This document shows positions 29,221 to 39,451 of a stretch of 64,000 nt of DNA, one piece after another. Made by a program: the position numbers and the translations under genes. The notes below the pieces were generated by a model. The model did not search any database. It was not told the DNA's origin and saw nothing but the letters and a program-made list of their open reading frames with translations. The stretch's first letter is position 1. Every line of letters starts with the position of its first letter. The DNA lies in the sequence record SRR31156797_1515. The stretch is one strand, 5' to 3'.

Positions 29221-30675
29221 TTATTCTTGAGGCGGCTCGCTCGTAGTGGAACCGGCGAAGTTTTCGATCAACGATTTCACATCCAGACCGAGGGTTTCTT
29301 TCAACGTTTCTTGTGTGGTCGATAAGAGATTGGTGGCGTAATTGGTGACACGATTGGCACCGCCGCCTTCACCTGATCCTGTATCAACGACCGAAATTTT
29401 ATCGATATTGCCTAATGGGGCGGCAGCCTCTTTGACTAATTGCGGCATGATCTCAACGATCATGCTAAGGATCGCTGCTTCATCATATTTCTTGAAGGCT
29501 TCAGCGATTTTTTCCTTCGTTTCAGCTTCCGCCGTTCCTTTCGCCAAGGTCGTCTCGGCTTCTGCCAAACCAATCAGACGAATCTTATCGGCTTCAGCTT
29601 TTGCCAACGACTCTGTTCGAAACTGCTCAGCTTCAGTGGTTGCTAACGCAGACGCTTTTTTCGCTAATGCTTCTTGTTCAAGCGCATAACGATCGGCATC
29701 GGCTTTTTTCTTGATCTCAGAATCAAATTGGCGTTCACGACGCAAGATTTCTTTTTCTTCCAATTCGATTTGTTTTTGTCGTTCAACGACTTCAACTTCA
29801 ATCTCTTGTTCTCGAACTTTTTGTTTCATGATGGCACTTTGCAGATGATAGGCTTGATCGGCATCGGCTTTGGCGATGTCTTGTTCTTTCTTGTAAAGTG
29901 CCAGCTTCAATTCTTTTTCCTTCAATGCTTCAGCGATCTCGGTCATGCGTTTTGATTCCGCTGTTTGCGATTCTTGTTCCGATTGGGCTTTTTTGATACG
30001 GGTTTCTTTCAGCGCTTCGGCTTCTGCAATTTCAGCATCCCGTTTGACTTGGGCGATTCTAGGTTTTCCAAGAGAATCTAAATAGCCATTTTTGTCTCGT
30101 ACTTCTTTGATCGTAAAGGAGACAATGATCAAGCCCATTTTCGCTAGATCGACAGAGGCCACTTCTTGCACGCTTTGGCTGAATTTGTCGCGATTTTGAT
30201 AGATTTCTTCGACGGTCATCGAACCAAGTATCGAACGCAGGTGACCTTCCAAGACTTCTCGTGCCTCATTTTCTAATTCTTCACGGGTTTTTCCTAGAAA
30301 CTGTTCCGCTGCCGTTGCGATTTCTTCCACGGAGGAGCCGATCTTGATAATGGAAGTTCCATCACACATAACGGGAACTCCTTGTTCAGTGTAGACTTCC
30401 GGCGTTGAGACATCCAGCTTGCTGGAGAGCAAACTGATTCGATTCGATCGTTGAAACACTGGCAAAACAAAGGCTCCGCCACCACGCACGATTTTGATTT
30501 TGTTGTTGCTTTCATCGGCGTGTACATTTTTGCTACCTAGATAGCTTCCGCTGATGATCAATGCTTCATCGGGCTTGGCTGTTTGATATTTCGTGACAAA
30601 GACGATCAAAAGCATTAATAAAATGAATGCCACGATGGCGATCGGGAAAACGAATGGTGATAATAGAATATCCAT
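29221..30675 (-). CDS. floT: Flotillin (SPFH domain) protein
   Basis: N-terminal TM, SPFH domain (GGGAFVLPVFQ, LEGHLRSILG) and AEA-repeat coiled coil. Confidence 0.93.
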   Translation of the reverse strand: MDILLSPFVFPIAIVAFILLMLLIVFVTKYQTAKPDEALIISGSYLGSKNVHADESNNKIKIVRGGGAFVLPVFQRSNRISLLSSKLDVSTPEVYTEQGVPVMCDGTSIIKIGSSVEEIATAAEQFLGKTREELENEAREVLEGHLRSILGSMTVEEIYQNRDKFSQSVQEVASVDLAKMGLIIVSFTIKEVRDKNGYLDSLGKPRIAQVKRDAEIAEAEALKETRIKKAQSEQESQTAESKRMTEIAEALKEKELKLALYKKEQDIAKADADQAYHLQSAIMKQKVREQEIEVEVVERQKQIELEEKEILRRERQFDSEIKKKADADRYALEQEALAKKASALATTEAEQFRTESLAKAEADKIRLIGLAEAETTLAKGTAEAETKEKIAEAFKKYDEAAILSMIVEIMPQLVKEAAAPLGNIDKISVVDTGSGEGGGANRVTNYATNLLSTTQETLKETLGLDVKSLIENFAGSTTSEPPQE

Positions 30676-30700
30676 AGATACACCTCTTTAGTGATTTAGT

Positions 30701-31228
30701 TTAGTTATCCAAAAATTTTTTTGTGTAAGGAACGACGTAGCAAACTCGTTCTTTGACTTCAATAATCAAAACCTTCGATCCAGCTGCTAATGGTTCATCG
30801 ATTGGTTGGAAAGCCGTAGCTGGTCGATTGCTTGAACCAGTGACACTTGTGAGTTGAATTTCGCCCATTCCTTCACAAGGAATCGGCGTCAGCACCGTTG
30901 CGATGCGACCTTCAAAATCTTTCTCAGAACTTGACAGTGTCGCTTCCGCATTTCGCATGGGAATCAGCACGTAAAAATTCAAGAGAAAAACGAGCCCTGT
31001 AGCAAGGCAGCCGCTAATGACGAAAAGTAGGAGCGAATAGCCAGACAGAAAAGTTTCTCCTAAGTAACCGAAGAGACTTGTAAAGGCAAACCATGGAATA
31101 ATTAACATCGGATCGACTGGTCCGTCGAAATCGAAGATATCCCCAAACAGAAGCAGCAAAAAGGCTAAAATAGCACAGCCAATCAAAACATACAAATAAA
31201 TTTGCTCAGGTGCATAAGTGTGCAGCAC
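30701..31228 (-). CDS. NfeD-like membrane protein (YuaF-like)
   Basis: Three TM helices plus C-terminal OB-fold; directly upstream of flotillin; GTG 31228 after GGAGGTG; extended -10 TGGTATAAT at 31336-31344 (minus). Confidence 0.85.
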   Translation of the reverse strand: MLHTYAPEQIYLYVLIGCAILAFLLLLFGDIFDFDGPVDPMLIIPWFAFTSLFGYLGETFLSGYSLLLFVISGCLATGLVFLLNFYVLIPMRNAEATLSSSEKDFEGRIATVLTPIPCEGMGEIQLTSVTGSSNRPATAFQPIDEPLAAGSKVLIIEVKERVCYVVPYTKKFLDN

Positions 31229-31456
31229 ATATCCACCTCCTTTCAAATAGCGTGATTTGTGAGAACGACGAAAGTTAGGAGACAATCGGAAGAAGAACGA
31301 AGGAAGCAAAAGAAAGGAACAGAGATTCTGTTATAATTATACCAATAAATAATAAAAATATTCGATTTAATAAGATAAAATGATAAAATAATATAATAAA
31401 TGGTGGTTTGTTATTTGGGAAAAGGCAACAAAAGCACATGATTTTTTCAAGAGCCA

Positions 31457-31485
31457 TTGACAAACAATAAAAATCAAAGTAGATT
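31457..31485 (+). promoter_or_regulatory. SigA promoter for the small-protein gene
   Basis: TTGACA-N17-TAGATT. Confidence 0.7.
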
Positions 31486-31657
31486 AAATCAGGGTAGTAA
31501 AAATGTCAAAAGGAACTGCTGACTCTAGACACGTCAATAGGCAGCGTTTGTTTTTTAACCCAATCGAAATAAAGTAGTTGTTCGCAAACATAAAAGAAGT
31601 CAGGAACACTTCTTTTCAACCGACAGATCGTATTGCTAAGAAATAGAGGTGGAATCG

Positions 31658-31786
31658 ATGGATCAAAAAGAAAAAATGTTAGAACTAATCAAGAAAAAAC
31701 AAGGCGGCGGCCGTTCAAAAAAGATGGAATCCCCAAAAAATGATCGGAAAAACATGCGTAAAGGCCCGAAAATTTATAATAAGTAA
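31658..31786 (+). CDS. Small basic protein, 42 aa (MDQKEKMLELIKKKQGGGRSKKMESPKNDRKNMRKGPKIYNK), absent from the ORF track
   Basis: RBS AGAGGTGG, ATG 31658, TAA 31786, own promoter and terminator. Confidence 0.8.
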   Translation: MDQKEKMLELIKKKQGGGRSKKMESPKNDRKNMRKGPKIYNK

Positions 31787-31818
31787 GGCGATGGATTATT
31801 AATACGAAATGAGCGATT

Positions 31819-31864
31819 AAAAAAAGAGAGAAGGACAGGGTTGCTGTCTTTCTCTCTTTTTTTT
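31819..31864. terminator. Bidirectional terminator (small protein / pyruvate oxidase)
   Basis: AAAAAAAGAGAGAAGGACAG/CTGTCTTTCTCTCTTTTTTT. Confidence 0.88.
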
Positions 31865-33605
31865 ATTCCTCAGAATTCACGTACAACTCACTCAAAGCTG
31901 GCAGATCATGGACTTGGTATTTTGCTTTAAACGCTGCGATTTCTTCAGCGCTGAAGCGGTTCGGATCAAGTTTCAGTTCTTCGACAGGAAGAGGTCGTTC
32001 GTTAGCGATCTTGACATCGATCACCACAGGTCCGTTGATTTCTTTAGCTTGTGTAAAGACGGATGCTAATTCATCTTCCTTCGTTACCGTGAAGCCTTTC
32101 GCACCTAATGCTTCCCCAACTTTACCAAAATCAGCACCGGCTAGTTGGACACCGAACTTGGTTTGCTCGGTATCTTCTTGCTCCGCTTCGATGAAGCCGA
32201 ATGAGTCATTGGAAAAGACCACGTTGATGATTGGTAAATCATATTTCACTTGGGTGATGATGTCTTGCATTTGCATCGCAAAACCGCCATCCCCACTAAA
32301 GGTAAATACTTGGCGATTCGGATAGCTCAATTGAGCTGCGATCCCACCAGGTACACCATTACCCATTGTCGCAAACCAGCCAGACGTTATAAAACGCTGT
32401 TCATCCGTCATTTCTAAATGACGGATACTGTGGATCGTCACATTACCGACATCCGTGACAAACAGGGCATCAGGAGCTGCAATCCGGTTGATTTCTCGAT
32501 AGACAGGTTCAGGACGCAAAGGAACTTGCGAATCATGGTAAAAATGATGGCGCCATGCATGCCAATTGCGACAGTTTTCTTGATTGGCTTTTAACCAAGC
32601 ATCTGCAGGACGAGGGGCTGCCATCTCTGTCCATTTTCTAAGAGCGGTCGCACCATCTCCTAAAACGGAGACATCCGTCTGATGACGACGACCAAATTTC
32701 GAGGCGTCGATATCAACTTGGACAAAGTTGGCACCAGGATTGAAAAAGCGGCGGCCAAAAGGGAAGTCACTGCCGACAAAAACGATGAGATCGGCTTCTG
32801 CCAAAGCTTCATTGGCAGGTTTTGTCGCAACCCGTCCAGCAAATCCAAGAAAGTTTTCATAAAGATCAGGCACGATGCCTTTGGCTAAGACAGAAGCTGC
32901 GATAGGCATCGAGAAATGCTTAGAAAAAGCATCGATGGCATCAAAATGACCAAAGAGACCTTGTCCGATATAAAGGACGGGTTTTTTTGCTTGTTCAAAA
33001 TAAGGAAGGGCAGCCTGTAAACCCTCTTCATCAGGCTGGAGAACACCTGTCTTATGATTTTTTGCGGTTGCAATCTCCTGTTCGTCGATTTCTGCAAACC
33101 CGTAATCGACCGGGATCGTTACCACAGCGACTCCTTTAAATTTGTAGGCTGCTTTAATGGCTTCGTCCACCACGTGGGGCAAACTTTCAGGGGACATGAC
33201 CGTGCGATTGTAGATACTGACATCAGCGAACATCGGATTTTCATTCATTTCTTGAAAATCATTGTAGTTCATCGAGCTCGAAGCTACTTGTCCTAACAAG
33301 GCAACGACGGGCACATTATCCATTTGAGCATCGTATAAGCCATTGATCAAATGGGTGGCACCCGGACCAGCAGAACCAAAAACCGCACCGACTTTTCCCG
33401 TTAGCTTGGCATCAGCCGCCGCTGCCAGCGCACCCGCTTCTTCATGACGTACTTGAACATATTTGACCGATTGCCGTTCATGGTACAAAGCATCCATCGT
33501 TGAGTTGAAAGATCCACCGGGGATTCCATAGATATGGTCGATGCCCCACGCTTCAAAAATCTTGATCATTGCTGTACCAGCATTGATTTTTGTCATTTTC
33601 TTCAC
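31863..33605 (-). CDS. spxB: Pyruvate oxidase (TPP/FAD-dependent)
   Basis: GIPGGS, VRHEE, GPGATHL, TPP motif GDGGF...N. Confidence 0.9.
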   Translation of the reverse strand: MKKMTKINAGTAMIKIFEAWGIDHIYGIPGGSFNSTMDALYHERQSVKYVQVRHEEAGALAAAADAKLTGKVGAVFGSAGPGATHLINGLYDAQMDNVPVVALLGQVASSSMNYNDFQEMNENPMFADVSIYNRTVMSPESLPHVVDEAIKAAYKFKGVAVVTIPVDYGFAEIDEQEIATAKNHKTGVLQPDEEGLQAALPYFEQAKKPVLYIGQGLFGHFDAIDAFSKHFSMPIAASVLAKGIVPDLYENFLGFAGRVATKPANEALAEADLIVFVGSDFPFGRRFFNPGANFVQVDIDASKFGRRHQTDVSVLGDGATALRKWTEMAAPRPADAWLKANQENCRNWHAWRHHFYHDSQVPLRPEPVYREINRIAAPDALFVTDVGNVTIHSIRHLEMTDEQRFITSGWFATMGNGVPGGIAAQLSYPNRQVFTFSGDGGFAMQMQDIITQVKYDLPIINVVFSNDSFGFIEAEQEDTEQTKFGVQLAGADFGKVGEALGAKGFTVTKEDELASVFTQAKEINGPVVIDVKIANERPLPVEELKLDPNRFSAEEIAAFKAKYQVHDLPALSELYVNSEE

Positions 33606-33723
33606 TCGCTTTCTCTGTTGTCATTCGTTCTCTTTTAAGTATAAACGTTTCTCAAAAAGACAACAAAGAATGCGCCTTCTGTCACAAGGCGCATAGAAAG
33701 ACTTATTTTAGGAAATGAACGAC

Positions 33724-34416
33724 TCAGTTGCGAAGCTCTTGCACGAATCGACTGGCGATCTCTTTTGGTCGGGTGATGGCACCACCAACCACGATACCGG
33801 TCACACCCATATCCTGAATTTTTTTTGCTTGTTCCGGTGTGTGGATCTTGCCTTCGGCTATTACCGGAACCTTCGCCGCAACCAATTGCTGGATCAACTG
33901 ATAGTCCGGTTCGTCATTGGTAGGACTGTTCGCCGTGTAGCCTGACAAAGTTGTACCAACAAAATCGACGCCCGCTTCAAAGGCATTGATGCCTTCCTCA
34001 TAGGTGGCGATATCTGCCATGAGTAGTTGATGGGGATAAAGAGTTTTGATTTGCTTGATAAAGGCATTGACCGTCAAGCCATCATGACGTTTGCGCAAGG
34101 TGCAGTCCAAGGCGATCACCGCAATATGTAAAGCTGCTAATTCGTGTACCTCTTTGATGGTTGCTGTGATAAATGGTTCTTCCGGTGGATAGTCTTTTTT
34201 GATGATTCCGATGATCGGCAAATCAACAGCGGCTTGGATCTCGCGAATATCGCGAACGGAATTGGCACGGATGCCAACAGCTCCAGCTTCTTGAGCTGCT
34301 TTTGCCAATAGGGGCATGACACCGCCTTTTTCGGTATACAAGGGTTCTCCAGGCAATGCTTGACAAGAAACAATCAACCCGCCCTTGATTTGTTGGGTAA
34401 AGACTTCTTTTTCCAT
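33724..34416 (-). CDS. nanE: N-acetylmannosamine-6-phosphate 2-epimerase
   Basis: [29 protein letters not shown]. Confidence 0.93.
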   Translation of the reverse strand: MEKEVFTQQIKGGLIVSCQALPGEPLYTEKGGVMPLLAKAAQEAGAVGIRANSVRDIREIQAAVDLPIIGIIKKDYPPEEPFITATIKEVHELAALHIAVIALDCTLRKRHDGLTVNAFIKQIKTLYPHQLLMADIATYEEGINAFEAGVDFVGTTLSGYTANSPTNDEPDYQLIQQLVAAKVPVIAEGKIHTPEQAKKIQDMGVTGIVVGGAITRPKEIASRFVQELRN

Positions 34417-34527
34417 TTATATGACACTTCCCATTCTGATAAAGGTTCGTTTCTCCCTTCGACTATATCATGAGGTTTTTTGCTTGTAAATGAATCAACA
34501 CCTCTTTGAATCAAAGGCAAGACATTC

Positions 34528-34573
34528 AAAAAACGTGCAGCAAGCATCACTGTCATGGATACTTGCTGCACGT
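34528..34573 (-). terminator. Terminator of the MerR-family gene
   Basis: ACGTGCAGCAAG/CTTGCTGCACGT with an A-run on the left side. Confidence 0.7.
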
Positions 34574-34596
34574 AACGAATAGGCTAGGCAGATTTT

Positions 34597-35082
34597 TTAT
34601 TCTGCTTGTTTTGACGTGCATTGCTTGAACTTCTCAAAATCGATCGTTTGATTAGCAGACAGCACTTCGTATTGCAATCGTTCTGTTTCTTCATCGTGAA
34701 TGATATGGAGGATTTTTCCGTCTTCGTCTACTGGTCCCAGACTGATGATCGTAAACCGTTCATTGATGACTTCTAAATTCTGTAAAACCCCAGAAAACAC
34801 TTTGCGAATATGATGGGCGGTCTTGATTTTTTTGTCTGCTTTTTCAACAGCCTTGGCTAACGTAAAGCCTTCATCTAAAAACGTTTTGATCATTTCCACT
34901 TTGACGACCGTGGGCAGTCGGTATTTTCGTGGGGCATTTTCTTCTTGTGGGACCGATTGAATAAATCCTTTTTGTTCCCAATAACGCAATTGGCGAGGGG
35001 AGATATCACACATTTGGCTAAGTTCGCTGATGCCGACCAACAAGTTTTCATTATCAACGAGTTTTCGAAAAAGATGAGACAT
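34597..35082 (-). CDS. MerR-family HTH regulator
   Basis: GISELSQMCDISPRQLRYWEQKGFI. Confidence 0.88.
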   Translation of the reverse strand: MSHLFRKLVDNENLLVGISELSQMCDISPRQLRYWEQKGFIQSVPQEENAPRKYRLPTVVKVEMIKTFLDEGFTLAKAVEKADKKIKTAHHIRKVFSGVLQNLEVINERFTIISLGPVDEDGKILHIIHDEETERLQYEVLSANQTIDFEKFKQCTSKQAE

Positions 35083-35115
35083 ACGGACTCCATTCTTGTA
35101 AAGGTATTTGTTAAC

Positions 35116-35177
35116 ATTGTAACTTGTTTTACTTTTATGTCAAGTAGGTTGACAAATGTTAGGGAAAGATTTAAAGT
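35116..35177. promoter_or_regulatory. Back-to-back divergent SigA promoters
   Basis: TGTCAA-N5-TTGACA (35138-35154); plus-strand -10 TAAAGT 35172-35177, minus-strand -10 TACAAT 35116-35121. Confidence 0.7.
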
Positions 35178-35219
35178 AAAGAAGGTTTTATGAAAAATAT
35201 ACTGAAAAGAGTGTGAAAT

Positions 35220-36698
35220 ATGTCAACGAGTCGTCCTTTAGATATCTACGGCAAACCTTACAATCGTTCCTTACTGGTTATGGTTTTGCTGATCGGTACG
35301 TTTTGTACTGTTTTGAACCAAACATTGTTAACAACGGCTTTTCCAACCTTGATGGATGCCTTTGACATCTCTGCATCTGATGTCCAATGGCTAACCACCG
35401 GTTTCTTGCTGGTCAATGGGATCATGATCCCGATCACCGCATGGCTGATCAACAAGTTCAGCTCAAGAAATCTTTACTTAACGGCAATGAGCATCTTCCT
35501 GGCTGGAACGATCGCTTGTTTTGCAGCACCGAACTTTTCTACATTATTGATTGGCCGCTTAGTGCAAGCTGCTGGTGTAGGGATCTCCATGCCGCTTTTG
35601 CAAAACATCATGTTGTCGATCTTCCCACCAGAAAAACGCGGTTCAGCTATGGGCATGTCTGGAATCGTTATTGGGTTGGCACCAGCCTTAGGCCCAACGT
35701 TATCTGGTTGGATCATTGATCATTATGACTGGCGTTATTTGTTCGGAATGGTCATTCCTATCGTCGTTTTAGTCTTAGTCTTAGCGCTCTTTCTAATGAA
35801 GAGTGTGATTGAATTGTCGCATCCGAGAATCGATCTTTTCTCAGCGATTTTATCAACGCTTGGTTTTGGTACATTGCTCTATGGCTTTTCAAGTGTCGGT
35901 GACAAAGGGTGGGGCAGTATTGAAGTAATCGGTTTTCTAGCAGCCGGTGTCTTTTTCATTGCTTTCTTTGCATGGCGTCAATTGCACATCGAGCATCCTT
36001 TCTTAGAGTTGCGCGTGTTCAAATCAACAACCTTTACCTTGGCATCGATCCTTTCCGGGGTCACGAATATGGCGATGATCGGTGCTGAAATGGTTCTCCC
36101 ATTGTATATCCAAAACATTCGTGGTGAATCAGCGTTCCATTCAGGATTGATGTTATTACCAGGTGCGTTGATTATGGGGATCATGATGCCGATCACTGGT
36201 GCGATCTTTGATAAGTATGGTGCAAAACGTTTAGCTATCACCGGGATGTTTATCTTGACCGCCGCAACCTTACCATTTGCTTTCTTAACAAAAGATACAC
36301 CGATTTTGCATATCATCATTCTTTATGGGATTCGGATGTTCGGGATCTCAATGGTGATGATGCCAGTAACGACTTCAGGAATGAATGCATTGCCTGGTAA
36401 TCTGATCAGTCATGGTACCGCAGTAAACAATACGTTCCGTCAAGTAGCCAGCTCAATTGGTACGGCTATCTTGATCAGTGTCTTGACAAACGTCACCAAA
36501 GGCAACTTGCCAAGTGATTCTTTGCTGGATGCAACGCCTTTGGCATACAAAGAACAAGCAATCGAAGCGACTTTATCTGGCTACCATGCCGCTTTTTATG
36601 TGGCAGCGGTCTTTAGCTTCTTAGGATTCTTGATCGCCTTCTCCTTAAAGAAAAAAGAACCACGATTGACGGTTCTTGAAGGAGGTGCGGACAAATGA
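35220..36698 (+). CDS. DHA2 (EmrB/QacA, LmrB-like) MFS efflux transporter
   Basis: LNQTLL, QWLTTGFLL and APALGPTLSGW; 14-TM pattern. Confidence 0.92.
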   Translation: MSTSRPLDIYGKPYNRSLLVMVLLIGTFCTVLNQTLLTTAFPTLMDAFDISASDVQWLTTGFLLVNGIMIPITAWLINKFSSRNLYLTAMSIFLAGTIACFAAPNFSTLLIGRLVQAAGVGISMPLLQNIMLSIFPPEKRGSAMGMSGIVIGLAPALGPTLSGWIIDHYDWRYLFGMVIPIVVLVLVLALFLMKSVIELSHPRIDLFSAILSTLGFGTLLYGFSSVGDKGWGSIEVIGFLAAGVFFIAFFAWRQLHIEHPFLELRVFKSTTFTLASILSGVTNMAMIGAEMVLPLYIQNIRGESAFHSGLMLLPGALIMGIMMPITGAIFDKYGAKRLAITGMFILTAATLPFAFLTKDTPILHIIILYGIRMFGISMVMMPVTTSGMNALPGNLISHGTAVNNTFRQVASSIGTAILISVLTNVTKGNLPSDSLLDATPLAYKEQAIEATLSGYHAAFYVAAVFSFLGFLIAFSLKKKEPRLTVLEGGADK

Positions 36699-37402
36699 TC
36701 TTGCTTTTGATCGTTCTTAGCGTGTTAGGGTTTGCGGTACTGAATGTTTTTGCCAAAAACAAGCTGCAAACAGGTTTATCATTGGTCTTAGGTCTAGTCT
36801 TCGTAGCAAGTGTCGTCGCATTGATGGCCAATTTGACTTACCATTTTGGAATGGAAAAAGAAACGACTGCTAAAACAACAGCACTGGTTTCTAGTGCCGA
36901 TAACGAGAATTTTGATTTACTATTGTATCAGCCATTAGGAGATGGTACGGAAAAAATCTACCTGTATAAAACGGATACTGATCAAGAGGAACCAAAACAA
37001 ACCGGTACTGATAAAGTGACCAATGTCGTGGAAACAGGGGCTGATTCAGCTCAATTAGAAACAAAAACGACGCGCTGGGTTTATAAAAGTGACCTATCAC
37101 GCTTCTTGTTCGGAATCGCTGATAACGATGGCCAATATGTCAGCCGTACCAATACGTTCTCATTACCAGATTCATGGGAAGTCTTGAGTGTGGATCAAGC
37201 AAAAAAACTGGCTTCTTTAGCGAAAGAACAAGCGGACACCATGAAAACACAAGGACAAGCGTATGTCCAAGAAAAAATGCAAGCTGCATTAATGGCTGAT
37301 CCAACTATGGACGAGGCAGCCCAAAAAGCAAAAATCGCTGAATTGACAGAAGCTTATCAAAAAGAAGCGATGGCAAAACTGCTTGAAGAAGCAAAAAAGT
37401 AA
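36695..37402 (+). CDS. DUF4811 family membrane protein
   Basis: Two N-terminal TM helices, HFGM and LLYQPLG motifs; ATGA overlap with the transporter. Confidence 0.75.
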   Translation: MILLLIVLSVLGFAVLNVFAKNKLQTGLSLVLGLVFVASVVALMANLTYHFGMEKETTAKTTALVSSADNENFDLLLYQPLGDGTEKIYLYKTDTDQEEPKQTGTDKVTNVVETGADSAQLETKTTRWVYKSDLSRFLFGIADNDGQYVSRTNTFSLPDSWEVLSVDQAKKLASLAKEQADTMKTQGQAYVQEKMQAALMADPTMDEAAQKAKIAELTEAYQKEAMAKLLEEAKK

Positions 37403-37420
37403 AAACGAGTAGATAGTCAT

Positions 37421-37459
37421 GGGATGGAAGAATCAAATCGGATTCTTCTGTCCCTTTTT
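37421..37459 (+). terminator. Intrinsic terminator
   Basis: GGGATGGAAGAATC/GATTCTTCTGTCCC plus T5. Confidence 0.8.
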
Positions 37460-37556
37460 CTACATGAAACTTGTGATTTAGCGAAACAGCTGCTAAATGT
37501 TGGTCGTGTCCATCAACAATAAAAATCCCACACACTAGTAGTGAGTGGGATTTTCT

Positions 37557-38711
37557 TTATTCAAATGAGCACGCGGCAATCCGGTCGAAAGCTTCTTTTA
37601 ACAAGTCCAACGATTGGGTGGCAGCTAAGCGAACATAGCCATCGCCGGTCGTTTCTCCAAAGGCTTTCCCAGGGATCATCAGCACACTGGTTTCTTTTAA
37701 TAATTTCTCGACAAAGCTGACAGAGTCCAACCCTGTTTGTTCAATGTTGATGAAGGCATACATGCTTCCTTTGACAGGGGATAAGGAAAGGAATGGGATC
37801 TCAGCAACCCGTTGTTCAATGTAAGTCAGTCGTTCCTTAAAGACAGCAACCACTTGCGGCACGAGGGTATCATAGTGATTCAATGCGTAAATACCTGCCC
37901 GTTGTGAAGGGGTTGGTGCCGAATAGGCGATCGCCTCATTGATCAGTTTTGCCGTAAGATTGATCGATTCAGGTGCGATCATGTAGCCGATCCGCCAGCC
38001 AGTCATGGCAAAGGCTTTTGAGAAACTGCTGAATGTGATGGTGTTCTCAGGTGCGAAGGCTGCCATCGGTACAAAGGTATCATCAAAGCAAAAGGCTTCA
38101 TAGACTTCATCCGAGAGGACCAGCAAGTCATGGTCAATGGCAACTGCTGCGATTTTTTCAAAAGTTTCTGGAGAAAAAACAGCACCGGTAGGATTGTTTG
38201 GTGAATTGATGATGATCGCCCGAGTTTTCTCAGTGATGGCGGATTTTAAGACCTCGACATCGATTTGAAAGCCATCTTTTTCAAAGGTCGGGATAAAGAC
38301 CGGCACACCACCGACTAGTTCGACTTGTTGTTTATAAGGTGAAAAGTATGGTTCATGAATAATCACTTCATCACCAGGATCAATGATGGCAGCCAAAGCT
38401 AAGTACATGCCATGCAATGCACCGACAGTTCCTCGTACTTGGCTAGGAGAAAAAGTAAGCTGGTATTGCTTTTGATAAAAATCAACGACAGTTTGGATAA
38501 AATCAGCACTACCGTCTGAAGCGGTGTATTTTGTATGACCCGCTTTGACGTCAGCAAAAGCTGCTTCAATGATCGTCGCATCTGTAATCAAATCAGGATC
38601 ACCAATCGACAAATCAATCAAATTTGGGGTTTTCTTCGCAAGAGTGGCGATCTCCATTAAAAGATTTTCTTCTGGTTGTAAAAAACGTTCTGCAATCAAC
38701 GGACGGTTCAT
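37557..38711 (-). CDS. PLP-dependent aminotransferase class I/II
   Basis: NSPNNPTG, SDEVY, SFSKAFAMTGWRIGY. Confidence 0.93.
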   Translation of the reverse strand: MNRPLIAERFLQPEENLLMEIATLAKKTPNLIDLSIGDPDLITDATIIEAAFADVKAGHTKYTASDGSADFIQTVVDFYQKQYQLTFSPSQVRGTVGALHGMYLALAAIIDPGDEVIIHEPYFSPYKQQVELVGGVPVFIPTFEKDGFQIDVEVLKSAITEKTRAIIINSPNNPTGAVFSPETFEKIAAVAIDHDLLVLSDEVYEAFCFDDTFVPMAAFAPENTITFSSFSKAFAMTGWRIGYMIAPESINLTAKLINEAIAYSAPTPSQRAGIYALNHYDTLVPQVVAVFKERLTYIEQRVAEIPFLSLSPVKGSMYAFINIEQTGLDSVSFVEKLLKETSVLMIPGKAFGETTGDGYVRLAATQSLDLLKEAFDRIAACSFE

Positions 38712-38728
38712 TTTGTCATCTCCAATTT

Positions 38729-39451
38729 CTATAAAACTTTGCTTAAAAAATCCTGTGTCCGCGCATTTTGCGGATGCTCAAAGATTTGTTCGGGTGTTCC
38801 TTGTTCTTGAATGATACCGTCAGCCATAAAGATGACACGATCGGCAACTTCTTTAGCGAAGCCCATTTCGTGGGTAACGACCACCATCGTCATGCCTTTT
38901 TCTGCTAAAGCTTGCATGACCGTCAACACTTCTCCGACCATTTCTGGGTCCAAAGCCGATGTTGGTTCGTCAAAGAGCATTACATCAGGATCCATTGCCA
39001 ACGCTCTAGCAATAGCGACCCGTTGCTGCTGCCCGCCAGAAAGGCTAGAGGGGTAACTATCCGCTTTTTCAGCTAAGCCAACTTGCTCCAGCAATCCTTT
39101 CGCTGTCTCTTCGGCAGCGGCTTGCTCTTGCTGTTTGACTTTGATCGGGCTGATAGTCAGATTTTCTAACACCGTTTTATGAGGGAATAGATTGAAGCTT
39201 TGAAAAACCATTCCCATTTTTTGACGAATCTGATCGATTTTCACACCTTTTGCCAATAAATCATTGCCTTCGAAGGTGATTTTCCCGCCGGTCGGCTGTT
39301 CAAGAAGGTTCAAGCAGCGTAAGAAAGTACTTTTTCCACTTCCTGATGGTCCGATGATCACAACGACTTCACCAGGTGTCACTTCAAGATCGATTTCTTT
39401 TAAGACGGTATTCTCGCCAAATGTTTTCACTAATTTTTCAACTTTAATCAC
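38729..39451 (-). CDS. Polar amino acid ABC transporter ATPase (GlnQ/ArtR-like)
   Basis: [28 protein letters not shown]. Confidence 0.93.
   Translation of the reverse strand: MIKVEKLVKTFGENTVLKEIDLEVTPGEVVVIIGPSGSGKSTFLRCLNLLEQPTGGKITFEGNDLLAKGVKIDQIRQKMGMVFQSFNLFPHKTVLENLTISPIKVKQQEQAAAEETAKGLLEQVGLAEKADSYPSSLSGGQQQRVAIARALAMDPDVMLFDEPTSALDPEMVGEVLTVMQALAEKGMTMVVVTHEMGFAKEVADRVIFMADGIIQEQGTPEQIFEHPQNARTQDFLSKVL

Noticed and set aside
31229-31330. ECF (SigW-like) promoter or LiaR site for nfeD-floT
   Set aside because: No TGAAAC-N16-CGT match found; a SigA extended -10 explains transcription and LiaR-like matches were too weak.
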